Assembly (NCBI GenBank): GCA_964057225.1 | Contig: OZ059897.1 | Span: 21,390,001-21,454,000, forward strand | Origin: Auanema rhodensis | Taxonomy: Eukaryota > Animalia > Nematoda | Direction: 5' to 3' | DNA: 64,000 bases | Notes under the pieces: model-generated | Databases searched by the model: none | What the model was told of the DNA's origin: nothing | What the model saw: the letters and a program-made list of their open reading frames with translations, nothing else | Shown here: positions 44,640-58,300 of the stretch, piece by piece | Layout of the letters: each line of letters begins with the position of its first letter | Numbering within the stretch: position 1 is the stretch's first letter | Program-made: the position numbers and the translations under genes

Positions 44640-47600
44640 GCACTTGGTATGTAACTCGCTTCACGTAAAAGATAAAGAGATGCGGTTTTCAAAATTAGAT
44701 TCCCCATGTCCATATTAGTCTAAAAACAAATTTTTATTGATATTGGTTCATGGTAACCATGACTTTGAAATTTACGTGAACTTTAATTTATGCTAATTAA
44801 ATGTACACGTGATGTGCACTTGGTATGTAACTCGCTTCACGTGAAAGATAAAGAGATGCGGTTTTCAAAATTAGATTCCCCATGTCCATATTAGTCTAAA
44901 AACAAATTTTTATTGATATTGGTTCATGGTAACCATGACTTTGAAATTTACGTGAACTTTAATTTATGCTAATTAAATGTACACGTGATGTGCACTTGGT
45001 ATGTAACTCGCTTCACGTGGAAGATAAAGAGATTCGGTTTTCAAAATTAGATTCCCCATGTCCATATTAGTCTAAAAACAAATTTTTATTGATATTGGTG
45101 CATGGTAACCATGACTTTGAAACTTACGTGAACTTTAATTTATGCTAATTAAATGTACACGTGATGTGCACTTGGTATGTAACTCGCTTCACGAGAAAGA
45201 TAAAGAGATGCGGTTTTCAAAATTAGATTCCCCATGTCCATATTAGTCTAAAAACAAATTTTTATTGATATTGGTTCATGGTAACCATGACTTTGAAATT
45301 TACGTGAACTTTAATTTATGCTAATTAAATGTACACGTGATGTGCACTTGGTATGTAACTCGCTTCACGTAAAAGATAAAGAGATGCGGTTTTCAAAATT
45401 AGATTCCCCATGTCCATATTAGTCTAAAAACAAATTTTTATTGATATTGGTTCATGGTAACCATGACTTTGAAATTTACGTGAACTTTAATTTATGCTAA
45501 TTAAATGTACACGTGATGTGCACTTGGTATGTAACTCGCTTCACGTGAAAGATAAAGAGATTCGGTTTTCAAAATTAGATTCCCCATGTCCATTTAAGTC
45601 TAAAAACAAATTTTCATTGATATTGGTGCATGGTAACCATGACTTTGAAATTTACGTGAACTTTAATTTATGCTAATTAAATGTACACGTGATGTGCACT
45701 TGGTATGTAACTCGCTTCACGAGAAAGATAAAGAGATGCGGTTTTCAAAATTAGATTCCCCATGTCCATATTAGTCTAAAAACAAATTTTTATTGATATT
45801 GGTTCATGGTAACCATGACTTTGAAATTTACGTGAACTTTAATTTATGCTAATTAAATGTACACGTGATGTGCACTTGGTATGTAACTCGCTTCACGTGA
45901 AAGATAAAGAGATGCGGTTTTCGAAATTAGATTCCCCATGTCCATATTAGTCTAAAAACAAATTTTTATTGATATTGGTTCATGGTAACCATGACTTTGA
46001 AATTTACGTGAACTTTAATTTATGCTAATTAAATGTACACGTGATGTGCACTTGGTATGTAACTCGCTTCACGTAAAAGATAAAGAGATGCGGTTTTCAA
46101 AATTAGATTCCCCATGTCCATATTAGTCTAAAAACAAATTTTTATTGATATTGGTTCATGGTAACCATGACTTTGAAATTTACGTGAACTTTAATTTATG
46201 CTAATTAAATGTACACGTGATGTGCACTTGGTATGTAACTCGCTTCACGTGAAAGATAAAGAGATGCGGTTTTCAAAATTAGATTCCCCATGTCCATATT
46301 AGTCTAAAAACAAATTTTTATTGATATTGGTTCATGGTAACCATGACTTTGAAATTTACGTGAACTTTAATTTATGCTAATTAAATGTACACGTGATGTG
46401 CACTTGGTATGTAACTCGCTTCACGTGAAAGATAAAGAGATTCGGTTTTCAAAATTAGATTCCCCATGTCCATTTAAGTCTAAAAACAAATTTTCATTGA
46501 TATTGGTTCATGGTAACCATGACTTTGAAATTTACGTGAACTTTAATTTATGCTAATTAAATGTACACGTGATGTGCACTTGGTATGTAACTCGCTTCAC
46601 GTAAAAGATAAAGAGATGCGGTTTTCAAAATTAGATTCCCCATGTCCATATTATTCTAAAAACAAATTTTTATTGATATTGGTTCATGGTAACCATGACT
46701 TTGAAATTTACGTGAACTTTAATTTATGCTAATTAAATGTACACGTGATGTGCACTTGGTATGTAACTCGCTTCACGTGAAAGATAAAGAGATGCGGTTT
46801 TCAAAATTAGATTCCCCATGTCCATATTAGTCTAAAAACAAATTTTTATTGATATTGGTTCATGGTAACCATGACTTTGAAATTTACGTGAACTTTAATT
46901 TATGCTAATTAAATGTACACGTGATGTGCACTTGGTATGTAACTCGCTTCACGTGGAAGATAAAGAGATTCGGTTTTCAAAATTAGATTCCCCATGTCCA
47001 TATTAGTCTAAAAACAAATTTTTATTGATATTGGTGCATGGTAACCATGACTTTGAAATTTACGTGAACTTTAATTTATGCTAATTAAATGTACACGTGA
47101 TGTGCACTTGGTATGTAACTCGCTTCACGAGAAAGATAAAGAGATGCGGTTTTCAAAATTAGATTCCCCATGTCCATATTAGTCTAAAAACAAATTTTTA
47201 TTGATATTGGTTCATGGTAACCATGACTTTGAAATTTACGTGAACTTTAATTTATGCTAATTAAATGTACACGTGATGTGCACTTGGTATGTAACTCGCT
47301 TCACGTAAAAGATAAAGAGATGCGGTTTTCAAAATTAGATTCCCCATGTCCATATTAGTCTAAAAACAAATTTTTATTGATATTGGTTCATGGTAACCAT
47401 GACTTTGAAATTTACGTGAACTTTAATTTATGCTAATTAAATGTACACGTGATGTGCACTTGGTATGTAACTCGCTTCACGTGAAAGATAAAGAGATTCG
47501 GTTTTCAAAATTAGATTCCCCATGTCCATTTAAGTCTAAAAACAAATTTTCATTGATATTGGTGCATGGTAACCATGACTTTGAAATTTACGTGAACTTT

Positions 47601-47890
47601 AATTTATGCTAATTAAATGTACACGTGATGTGCACTTGGTATGTAACTCGCTTCACGAGAAAGATAAAGAGATGCGGTTTTCAAAATTAGATTCCCCATG
47701 TCCATATTAGTCTAAAAACAAATTTTTATTGATATTGGTTCATGGTAACCATGACTTTGAAATTTACGTGAACTTTAATTTATGCTAATTAAATGTACAC
47801 GTGATGTGCACTTGGTATGTAACTCGCTTCACGTGAAAGATAAAGAGATGCGGTTTTCAAAATTAGATTCCCCATGTCCATATTAGTCTA
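44640..47890 (+). repeat. Duplication with 11-monomer (1936 bp) offset carrying the stop-loss monomers
   Basis: CACGTGGAAG (45020/46956) and CATTTAAGTC+TTTTCATT (~45594/47530) are 1936 apart, with an additional copy at +880 (~46474). Boundaries approximate. Confidence 0.8.
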
Positions 47891-50800
47891 AAAACGAATT
47901 TTTATTGATATTGGTTCATGGTAACCATGACTTTGAAATTTACGTGAACTTTAATTTATGCTAAATAAATGTACACGTGATGTGCACTTGGTATGTAACT
48001 CGCTTCACGTGAAAGATAAAGAGATGCGGTTTTCAAAATTAGATTCCCCATGTCCATATTAGTCTAAAAACGAATTTTTATTGATATTGGTTCATGGTAA
48101 CCATGACTTTGAAATTTACGTGAACTTTAATTTATGCTAAATAAATGTACACGTGATGTGCACTTGGTATGTAACTCGGTTCACGTGAAAGATAAAGAGA
48201 TGCGGTTTTCAAAATTAGATTCCCCATGTCCATATTAGTCTAAAAACAAATTTTTATTGATATTGGTGCATGGTAACCATGACTTTGAAATTTACGTGAA
48301 CTTTAATTTATGCTAATTAAATGTACACGTGATGTGCACTTGGTATGTAACTCGCTTCACGTAAAAGATGAAGAGATGCGGTTTTCAAAATTAGATTCCT
48401 CATGTCCATATTAGTCTAAAAACAAATTTTTATTGATATTGGCGCATGGTAACCATGACTTTGAAATTTACGTGAACTTTAATTTATGCTAATTAAATGT
48501 ACACGTGATGTGCACTTGGTATGTAACTCGCTTCACGTGAAAGATCAAGAGATGCGGTTTTCAAAATTAGATTCCCCATGTCCATATTAGTCTAAAAACA
48601 AATTTTTATTGATATTGGTTCATGGTAACCATGACTTTGAATTTTACGTGAACTTTAATTTATGCTAATTAAATGTACACGTGATGTGCACTTGGTATGT
48701 AACTCGCTTCACGTGAAAGATAAAGAGATTCGGTTTTCAAAATTAGATTCCCCATGTCCATATTAGTCTAAAAACAAATTTTTATTGATATTGGTGCATG
48801 GTAACCATGACTTTGAAATTTACGTGAACTTTAATTTATGCTAATTAAATGCACACGTGATGTGCACTTGGTATGTAACTCGCTTCACGAGAAAGATAAA
48901 GAGATGCGGTTTTCAAAATTAGATTCCTCATGTCCATATTAGTCTAAAAACAAATTTTTATTGATATTGGTTCATGGTAACCATGACTTTGAAATTTACG
49001 TGAACTTTAATTTATGCTAATTAAATGTACACGTGATGTGCACTTGGTATGTAACTCGCTTCACGTGAAAGATAAAGAGATGCGGTTTTCAAAATTAGAT
49101 TCCCCATGTCCATATTAGTCTAAAAACAAATTTGTATCGATATTGGTTCATGGTAACCATGACTTTGAAATTTACGTGAACTTTAATTTATGCTAATTAA
49201 ATGTACATGTGATGTGCACTTGGTATGTAACTCGCTTCACGTGAAAGATAAAGAGATGCGGTTTTCAAAATTAGATTCCCCATGTCCATATTAGTCTAAA
49301 AACAAATTTTTATTGATATTGGTTCATGGTAACCATGACTTTGAAATTTACGTGAACTTTAATTTATGCTAAATAAATGTACACGTGATGTGCACTTGGT
49401 ATGTAACTCGCTTCACGTGAAAGATAAAGAGATGCGGTTTTCAAAATTAGATTCCCCATGTCCATATTAGTCTAAAAACAAATTTTTATTGATATTGGTT
49501 CATGGTAACCATGACTTTGAAATTTACGTGAACTTTAATTTATGCTAATTAAATGTACACGTGATGTGCACTTGGTATGTAACTCGCTTCACGTGAAAGA
49601 TAAAGAGATGCGGTTTTCAAAATTAGATTCCCCATGTCCATATTAGTCTAAAAACAAATTTTTATCGATATTGGTTCATGGTAACCATGACTTTGAAATT
49701 TACGTGAACTTTAATTTATGCTAATTAAATGTACACGTGATGTGCACTTGGTATGTAACTCGCTTCACGTGAAAGATAAAGAGATGCGGTTTCCAAAATT
49801 AGATTCCCCATGTCCATATTAGTCTAAAAACAAATTTTTATTGATATTGGTGCATGGTAACCATGACTTTGAAATTTACGTGAACTTTAATTTATGCTAA
49901 TTAAATGTACACGTGATGTGCACTTGGTATGTAACTTGCTTCACGTGAAAGATAAAGAGATGCGGTTTTCAAAATTAGATTCCCCATGTCCATATTAGTC
50001 TAAAAACAAATTTTTATTGATATTGGTTCATGGTAACCATGACTTTGAAATTTACGTGAACTTTAATTTATGCTAATTAAATGTACACGTGATGTGCACT
50101 TGGTATGTAACTCGCTTCACGTGAAAGATAAAGAGATGCGGTTTTCAAAATTAGATTCCCCATGTCCATATTAGTCTAAAAACAAATTTTTATTGATATT
50201 GGTGCATGGTAACCATGACTTTGAAATTTACGTGAACTTTAATTTATGCTAATTAAATGTACACGTGATGTGCACTTGGTATGTAACTCGCTTCACGTGA
50301 AAGATAAAGAGATGCGGTTTTCAAAATTAGATTCCCCATGTCCATATTAGTCTAAAAACAATTTTTTTTGATATTGGTGCATGGTAACCAAGACTTTGAA
50401 ATTTACGTGAACTTTAATTTATGCTAATTAAATGTACACGTGATGTGCACTTGGTATGTAACTCGCTTCACGTGAAAGATGAAGAGATGCGGTTTTCAAA
50501 ATTAGATTCCCCATGTCCATATTAGTCTAAAAATAAATTTTTATTGATATTGGTTCATGGTAACCATGACTTTGAAATTTACGTGAACTTTAATTTATGC
50601 TAATTAAATGTACACGTGATGTGCACTTGGTATGTAACTCGCTCCACGTGAAAGATAAAGAGATGCGGTTTTCAAAATTAGATTCCCCATGTCCATATTA
50701 GTCTAAAAACAAATTTTTATTGATATTGGTTCATGGTAACCATGACTTTGAAATTTACGTGAACTTTAATTTATGCTAATTAAATGTACACGTGATGTGC

Positions 50801-51799
50801 ACTTGGTATGTAACTCGCTTCACGTGAAAGATAAAGAGATGCGGTTTTCAAAATTAGATTCCCCATGTCCATATTAGTCTAAAAACAAATTTTTATTGAT
50901 ATTGGTTCATGGTAACCATGACTTTGAAATTTACGTGAACTTTATTTTATGCTAATTAAATGTACACGTGATGTGCACTTGGTATGTAACTCGCTTCACG
51001 TGAAAGATAAAGAGATGCGGTTTTCAAAATTAGATTCCTCATGTCCATATTAGTCTAAAAACAAATTTTTATTGATATTGGTTCATGGTAACCATGACTT
51101 TGAAATTTACGTGAACTTTAATTTATGCTAATTAAATGTACATGTGATGTGCACTTGGTATGTAACTCGCTTCACGTGAAAGATAAAGAGATGCGGTTTT
51201 CAAAATTAGATTCCCCATGTCCATATTAGTCTAAAAACAAATTTTTATTGATATTGGTTCATGGTAACCATGACTTTGAAATTTACGTGAACTTTAATTT
51301 ATGCTAAATAAATGTACACGTGATGTGCACTTGGTATGTAACTCGCTTCACGTGAAAGATAAAGAGATGCGGTTTTCAAAATTAGATTCCCCATGTCCAT
51401 ATTAGTCTAAAAACAAATTTTTATTGATATTGGTTCATGGTAACCATGACTTTGAAATTTACGTGAACTTTAATTTATGCTAATTAAATGTACACGTGAT
51501 GTGCACTTGGTATGTAACTCGCTTCACGTGAAAGATAAAGAGATGCGGTTTTCAAAATTAGATTCCCCATGTCCATATTAGTCTAAAAACAAATTTTTAT
51601 CGATATTGGTTCATGGTAACCATGACTTTGAAATTTACGTGAACTTTAATTTATGCTAATTAAATGTACACGTGATGTGCACTTGGTATGTAACTCGCTT
51701 CACGTGAAAGATAAAGAGATGCGGTTTTCAAAATTAGATTCCCCATGTCCATATTAGTCTAAAAACAAATTTTTATTGATATTGGTGCATGGTAACCAT

Positions 51800-54700
51800 G
51801 ACTTTGAAATTTACGTGAACTTTAATTTATGCTAATTAAATGTACACGTGATGTGCACTTGGTATGTAACTTGCTTCACGTGAAAGATAAAGAGATGCGG
51901 TTTTCAAAATTAGATTCCCCATGTCCATATTAGTCTAAAAACAAATTTTTATTGATATTGGTTCATGGTAACCATGACTTTGAAATTTACGTGAACTTTA
52001 ATTTATGCTAATTAAATGTACACGTGATGTGCACTTGGTATGTAACTCGCTTCACGTGAAAGATAAAGAGATGCGGTTTTCAAAATTAGATTCCCCATGT
52101 CCATATTAGTCTAAAAACAAATTTTTATTGATATTGGTGCATGGTAACCATGACTTTGAAATTTACGTGAACTTTAATTTATGCTAATTAAATGTACACG
52201 TGATGTGCACTTGGTATGTAACTCGCTTCACGTGAAAGATAAAGAGATGCGGTTTTCAAAATTAGATTCCCCATGTCCATATTAGTCTAAAAACAATTTT
52301 TTTTGATATTGGTGCATGGTAACCAAGACTTTGAAATTTACGTGAACTTTAATTTATGCTAATTAAATGTACACGTGATGTGCACTTGGTATGTAACTCG
52401 CTTCACGTGAAAGATGAAGAGATGCGGTTTTCAAAATTAGATTCCCCATGTCCATATTAGTCTAAAAATAAATTTTTATTGATATTGGTTCATGGTAACC
52501 ATGACTTTGAAATTTACGTGAACTTTAATTTATGCTAATTAAATGTACACGTGATGTGCACTTGGTATGTAACTCGCTCCACGTGAAAGATAAAGAGATG
52601 CGGTTTTCAAAATTAGATTCCCCATGTCCATATTAGTCTAAAAACAAATTTTTATTGATATTGGTTCATGGTAACCATGACTTTGAAATTTACGTGAACT
52701 TTAATTTATGCTAATTAAATGTACACGTGATGTGCACTTGGTATGTAACTCGCTTCACGTGAAAGATAAAGAGATGCGGTTTTCAAAATTAGATTCCCCA
52801 TGTCCATATTAGTCTAAAAACAAATTTTTATTGATATTGGTTCATGGTAACCATGACTTTGAAATTTACGTGAACTTTATTTTATGCTAATTAAATGTAC
52901 ACGTGATGTGCACTTGGTATGTAACTCGCTTCACGTGAAAGATAAAGAGATGCGGTTTTCAAAATTAGATTCCCCATGTCCATATTAGTCTAAAAACAAA
53001 TTTTTATTGATATTGGTGCATGGTAACCATGACTTTGAAATTTACGTGAACTTTAATTTATGCTAATTAAATGTACACGTGATGTGCACTTGGTATGTAA
53101 CTCGCTTCACGTAAAAGATGAAGAGATGCGGTTTTCAAAATTAGATTCCTCATGTCCATATTAGTCTAAAAACAAATTTTTATTGATATTGGTGCATGAT
53201 AACCATGACTTTGAAATTTACGTGAACTTTAATTTATGCTAATTAAATGTACACGTGATGTGCACTTGGTATGTAACTCGCTTCACGTGAAAGATCAAGA
53301 GATGCGGTTTTCAAAATTAGATTCCCCATGTCCATATTAGTCTAAAAAAAATTTTTATTGATATTGGTTCATGGTAACCATGACTTTGAAATTTACGTGA
53401 ACTTTAATTTATGCTAATTAAATGTACACGTGATGTGCACTTGGTATGTAACTCGCTTCACGTGAAAGATCAAGAGATGCGGTTTTCAAAATTAGATTCC
53501 CCATGTCCATATTAGTCTAAAAACAAATTTTTATTGATATTGGTGCATGGTAACCATGACTTTGAAATTTACGTGAACTTTAATTTATGCTAATTAAATG
53601 TACACGTGATGTGCACTTGGTATGTAACTTGCTTCACGTGAAAGATAAAGAGATGCGGTTTTCAAAATTAGATTCCCCATGTCCATATTAGTCTAAAAAC
53701 AAATTTTTATTGATATTGGTTCATGGTAACCATGACTTTGAAATTTACGTGAACTTTAATTTATGCTAATTAAATGTACACGTGATGTGCACTTGGTATG
53801 TAACTCGCTTCACGTGAAAGATAAAGAGATGCGGTTTTCAAAATTAGATTCCCCATGTCCATATTAGTCTAAAAACAAATTTTTATTGATATTGGTGCAT
53901 GGTAACCATGACTTTGAAATTTACGTGAACTTTAATTTATGCTAATTAAATGTACACGTGATGTGCACTTGGTATGTAACTCGCTTCACGTGAAAGATAA
54001 AGAGATGCGGTTTTCAAAATTAGATTCCCCATGTCCATATTAGTCTAAAAACAATTTTTTTTGATATTGGTGCATGGTAACCAAGACTTTGAAATTTACG
54101 TGAACTTTAATTTATGCTAATTAAATGTACACGTGATGTGCACTTGGTATGTAACTCGCTTCACGTGAAAGATGAAGAGATGCGGTTTTCAAAATTAGAT
54201 TCCCCATGTCCATATTAGTCTAAAAATAAATTTTTATTGATATTGGTTCATGGTAACCATGACTTTGAAATTTACGTGAACTTTAATTTATGCTAATTAA
54301 ATGTACACGTGATGTGCACTTGGTATGTAACTCGCTCCACGTGAAAGATAAAGAGATGCGGTTTTCAAAATTAGATTCCCCATGTCCATATTAGTCTAAA
54401 AACAAATTTTTATTGATATTGGTTCATGGTAACCATGACTTTGAAATTTACGTGAACTTTAATTTATGCTAATTAAATGTACACGTGATGTGCACTTGGT
54501 ATGTAACTCGCTTCACGTGAAAGATAAAGAGATGCGGTTTTCAAAATTAGATTCCCCATGTCCATATTAGTCTAAAAACAAATTTTTATTGATATTGGTT
54601 CATGGTAACCATGACTTTGAAATTTACGTGAACTTTATTTTATGCTAATTAAATGTACACGTGATGTGCACTTGGTATGTAACTCGCTTCACGTGAAAGA

Positions 54701-55315
54701 TAAAGAGATGCGGTTTTCAAAATTAGATTCCCCATGTCCATATTAGTCTAAAAACAAATTTTTATTGATATTGGTGCATGGTAACCATGACTTTGAAATT
54801 TACGTGAACTTTAATTTATGCTAATTAAATGTACACGTGATGTGCACTTGGTATGTAACTCGCTTCACGTAAAAGATGAAGAGATGCGGTTTTCAAAATT
54901 AGATTCCTCATGTCCATATTAGTCTAAAAACAAATTTTTATTGATATTGGTGCATGATAACCATGACTTTGAAATTTACGTGAACTTTAATTTATGCTAA
55001 TTAAATGTACACGTGATGTGCACTTGGTATGTAACTCGCTTCACGTGAAAGATCAAGAGATGCGGTTTTCAAAATTAGATTCCCCATGTCCATATTAGTC
55101 TAAAAAAAATTTTTATTGATATTGGTTCATGGTAACCATGACTTTGAAATTTACGTGAACTTTAATTTATGCTAATTAAATGTACACGTGATGTGCACTT
55201 GGTATGTAACTCGCTTCACGTGAAAGATCAAGAGATGCGGTTTTCAAAATTAGATTCCCCATGTCCATATTAGTCTAAAAACAAATTTTTATTGATATTG
55301 GTGCATGGTAACCAT
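51800..55315 (+). repeat. 10-mer HOR tandem duplication (1758 bp x2)
   Basis: AACTTGC (~51872/53630), the T8 indel (52295/54053), CCTCA (53150/54908), CATGATAACC and the A8 C-deletion (53344/55102) are all 1758 = 10x176-2 apart. Confidence 0.92.
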
Positions 55316-58300
55316 AACTTTGAAATTTACGTGAACTTTAATTTATGCTAATTAAATGTACACGTGATGTGCACTTGGTATGTAACTCGCTCCACGTGAA
55401 AGATAAAGAGATGCGGTTTTCAAAAGTAGATTCCCCATGTCCATATTAGTCTAAAAACAAATTTTTATTGATATTGGTGCATGGTAACCATGACTTTGAA
55501 ATTTACGTGAACTTTAATTTATGCTAATTAAATGTACACGTGATGTGCACTTGGTATGTAACTCGCTTCACGTAAAAGATAAAGAGATGCGGTTTTCAAA
55601 ATTAGATTCCCCATGTCCATATTAGTCTAAAAACAAATTTTTATTGATATTGGTTCATGGTAACCATGACTTTGAAATTTACGTGAATTTTAATTTATGC
55701 TAATTAAATGTACACGTGATGTGCACTTGGTATGTAACTCGCTTCACGTGAAAGAAAGAGATGCGGTTTTCAAAATTAGATTCCCCATGTCCATATTAGT
55801 CTAAAAACAAATTTTTATTGATATTGGTTCATGGTAACCATGACTTTGAAATTTACGTGAACTTTAATTTATGCTAATTAAATGTACACGTGATGTGCAC
55901 TTGGTATGTAACTCGCTTCACGTGAAAGATAAAGAGATTCGGTTTTCAAAATTAGATTCCCCATGTCCATATTAGTCTAAAAACAAATTTTTATTGATAT
56001 TGGTGCATGGTAACCATGACTTTGAAATTTACGTGAACTTTAATTTATGCTAATTAAATGTACACGTGATGTGCACTTGGTATGTAACTCGCTTCACGAG
56101 AAAGATAAAGAGATGCGGTTTTCAAAATTAGATTCCCCATGTCCATATTAGTCTAAAAACAAATTTTTATTGATATTGGTTCATGGTAACCATGACTTTG
56201 AAATTTACGTGAACTTTAATTTATGCTAATTAAATGTACACGTGATGTGCACTTGGTATGTAACTCGCTTCACGTAAAAGATAAAGAGATGCGGTTTTCA
56301 AAATTAGATTCCCCATGTCCATATTAGTCTAAAAACAAATTTTTATTGATATTGGTTCATGGTAACCATGACTTTGAAATTTACGTGAACTTTAATTTAT
56401 GCTAATTAAATGTACACGTGATGTGCACTTGGTATGTAACTCGCTTCACGTGAAAGATAAAGAGATGCGGTTTTCAAAATTAGATTCCCCATGTCCATAT
56501 TAGTCTAAAAACAAATTTTTATTGATATTGGTTCATGGTAACCATGACTTTGAAATTTACGTGAACTTTAATTTATGCTAATTAAATGTACACGTGATGT
56601 GCACTTGGTATGTAACTCGCTTCACGTGAAAGATAAAGAGATTCGGTTTTCAAAATTAGATTCCCCATGTCCATTTTAGTCTAAAAACAAATTTTTATTG
56701 ATATTGGTGCATGGTAACCATGACTTTGAAATTTACGTGAACTTTAATTTATGCTAATTAAATGTACACGTGATGTGCACTTGGTATGTAACTCGCTTCA
56801 CGAGAAAGATAAAGAGATGCGGTTTTCAAAATTAGATTCCCCATGTCCATATTAGTCTAAAAACAAATTTTTATTGATATTGGTTCATGGTAACCATGAC
56901 TTTGAAATTTACGTGAACTTTAATTTATGCTAATTAAATGTACACGTGATGTGCACTTGGTATGTAACTCGCTTCACGTGAAAGATAAAGAGATGCGGTT
57001 TTCGAAATTAGATTCCCCATGTCCATATTAGTCTAAAAACAAATTTTTATCGATATTGGTTCATGGTAACCATGACTTTGAAATTTACGTGAACTTTAAT
57101 TTATGCTAATTAAATGTACATGTGATGTGCACTTGGTATGTAACTCGCTTCACGTGAAAGATAAAGAGATGCGGTTTTCAAAATTAGATTCCCCATGTCC
57201 ATATTAGTCTAAAAACAAATTTTTATTGATATTGGTTCATGGTAACCATGACTTTGAAATTTACGTGAACTTTAATTTATGCTAAATAAATGTACACGTG
57301 ATGTGCACTTGGTATGTAACTCGCTTCACGTGAAAGATAAAGAGATGCGGTTTTCAAAATTAGATTCCCCATGTCCATATTAGTCTAAAAACAAATTTTT
57401 ATTGATATTGGTTCATGGTAACCATGACTTTGAAATTTACGTGAACTTTAATTTATGCTAATTAAATGTACACGTGATGTGCACTTGGTATGTAACTCGC
57501 TTCACGAGAAAGATAAAGAGATGCGGTTTTCAAAATTAGATTCCCCATGTCCATATTAGTCTAAAAACAAATTTTTATTGATATTGGTGCATGGTAACCA
57601 TGACTTTGAAATTTACGTGAACTTTAATTTATGCTAATTAAATGTACACGTGATGTGCACTTGGTATGTAACTCGCTTCACGAGAAAGATAAAGAGATGC
57701 GGTTTTCAAAATTAGATTCCCCATGTCCATATTAGTCTAAAAACAAATTTTTATTGATATTGGTTCATGGTAACCATGACTTTGAAATTTACGTGAACTT
57801 TAATTTATGCTAATTAAATGTACACGTGATGTGCACTTGGTATGTAACTCGCTTCACGTGAAAGATAAAGAGATGCGGTTTTCGAAATTAGATTCCCCAT
57901 GTCCATATTAGTCTAAAAACAAATTTTTATCGATATTGGTTCATGGTAACCATGACTTTGAAATTTACGTGAACTTTAATTTATGCTAATTAAATGTACA
58001 TGTGATGTGCACTTGGTATGTAACTCGCTTCACGTGAAAGATAAAGAGATGCGGTTTTCAAAATTAGATTCCCCATGTCCATATTAGTCTAAAAACAAAT
58101 TTTTATTGATATTGGTTCATGGTAACCATGACTTTGAAATTTACGTGAACTTTAATTTATGCTAAATAAATGTACACGTGATGTGCACTTGGTATGTAAC
58201 TCGCTTCACGTGAAAGATAAAGAGATGCGGTTTTCAAAATTAGATTCCCCATGTCCATATTAGTCTAAAAACAAATTTTTATTGATATTGGTGCATGGTA

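Noticed and set aside
45494-47612. Four 60-aa ORFs as protein-coding genes
   Set aside because: They are single satellite monomers lacking one TAG. They show no recognisable domain, the period of 176 is not a multiple of 3, and ~360 sister copies retain the stop.
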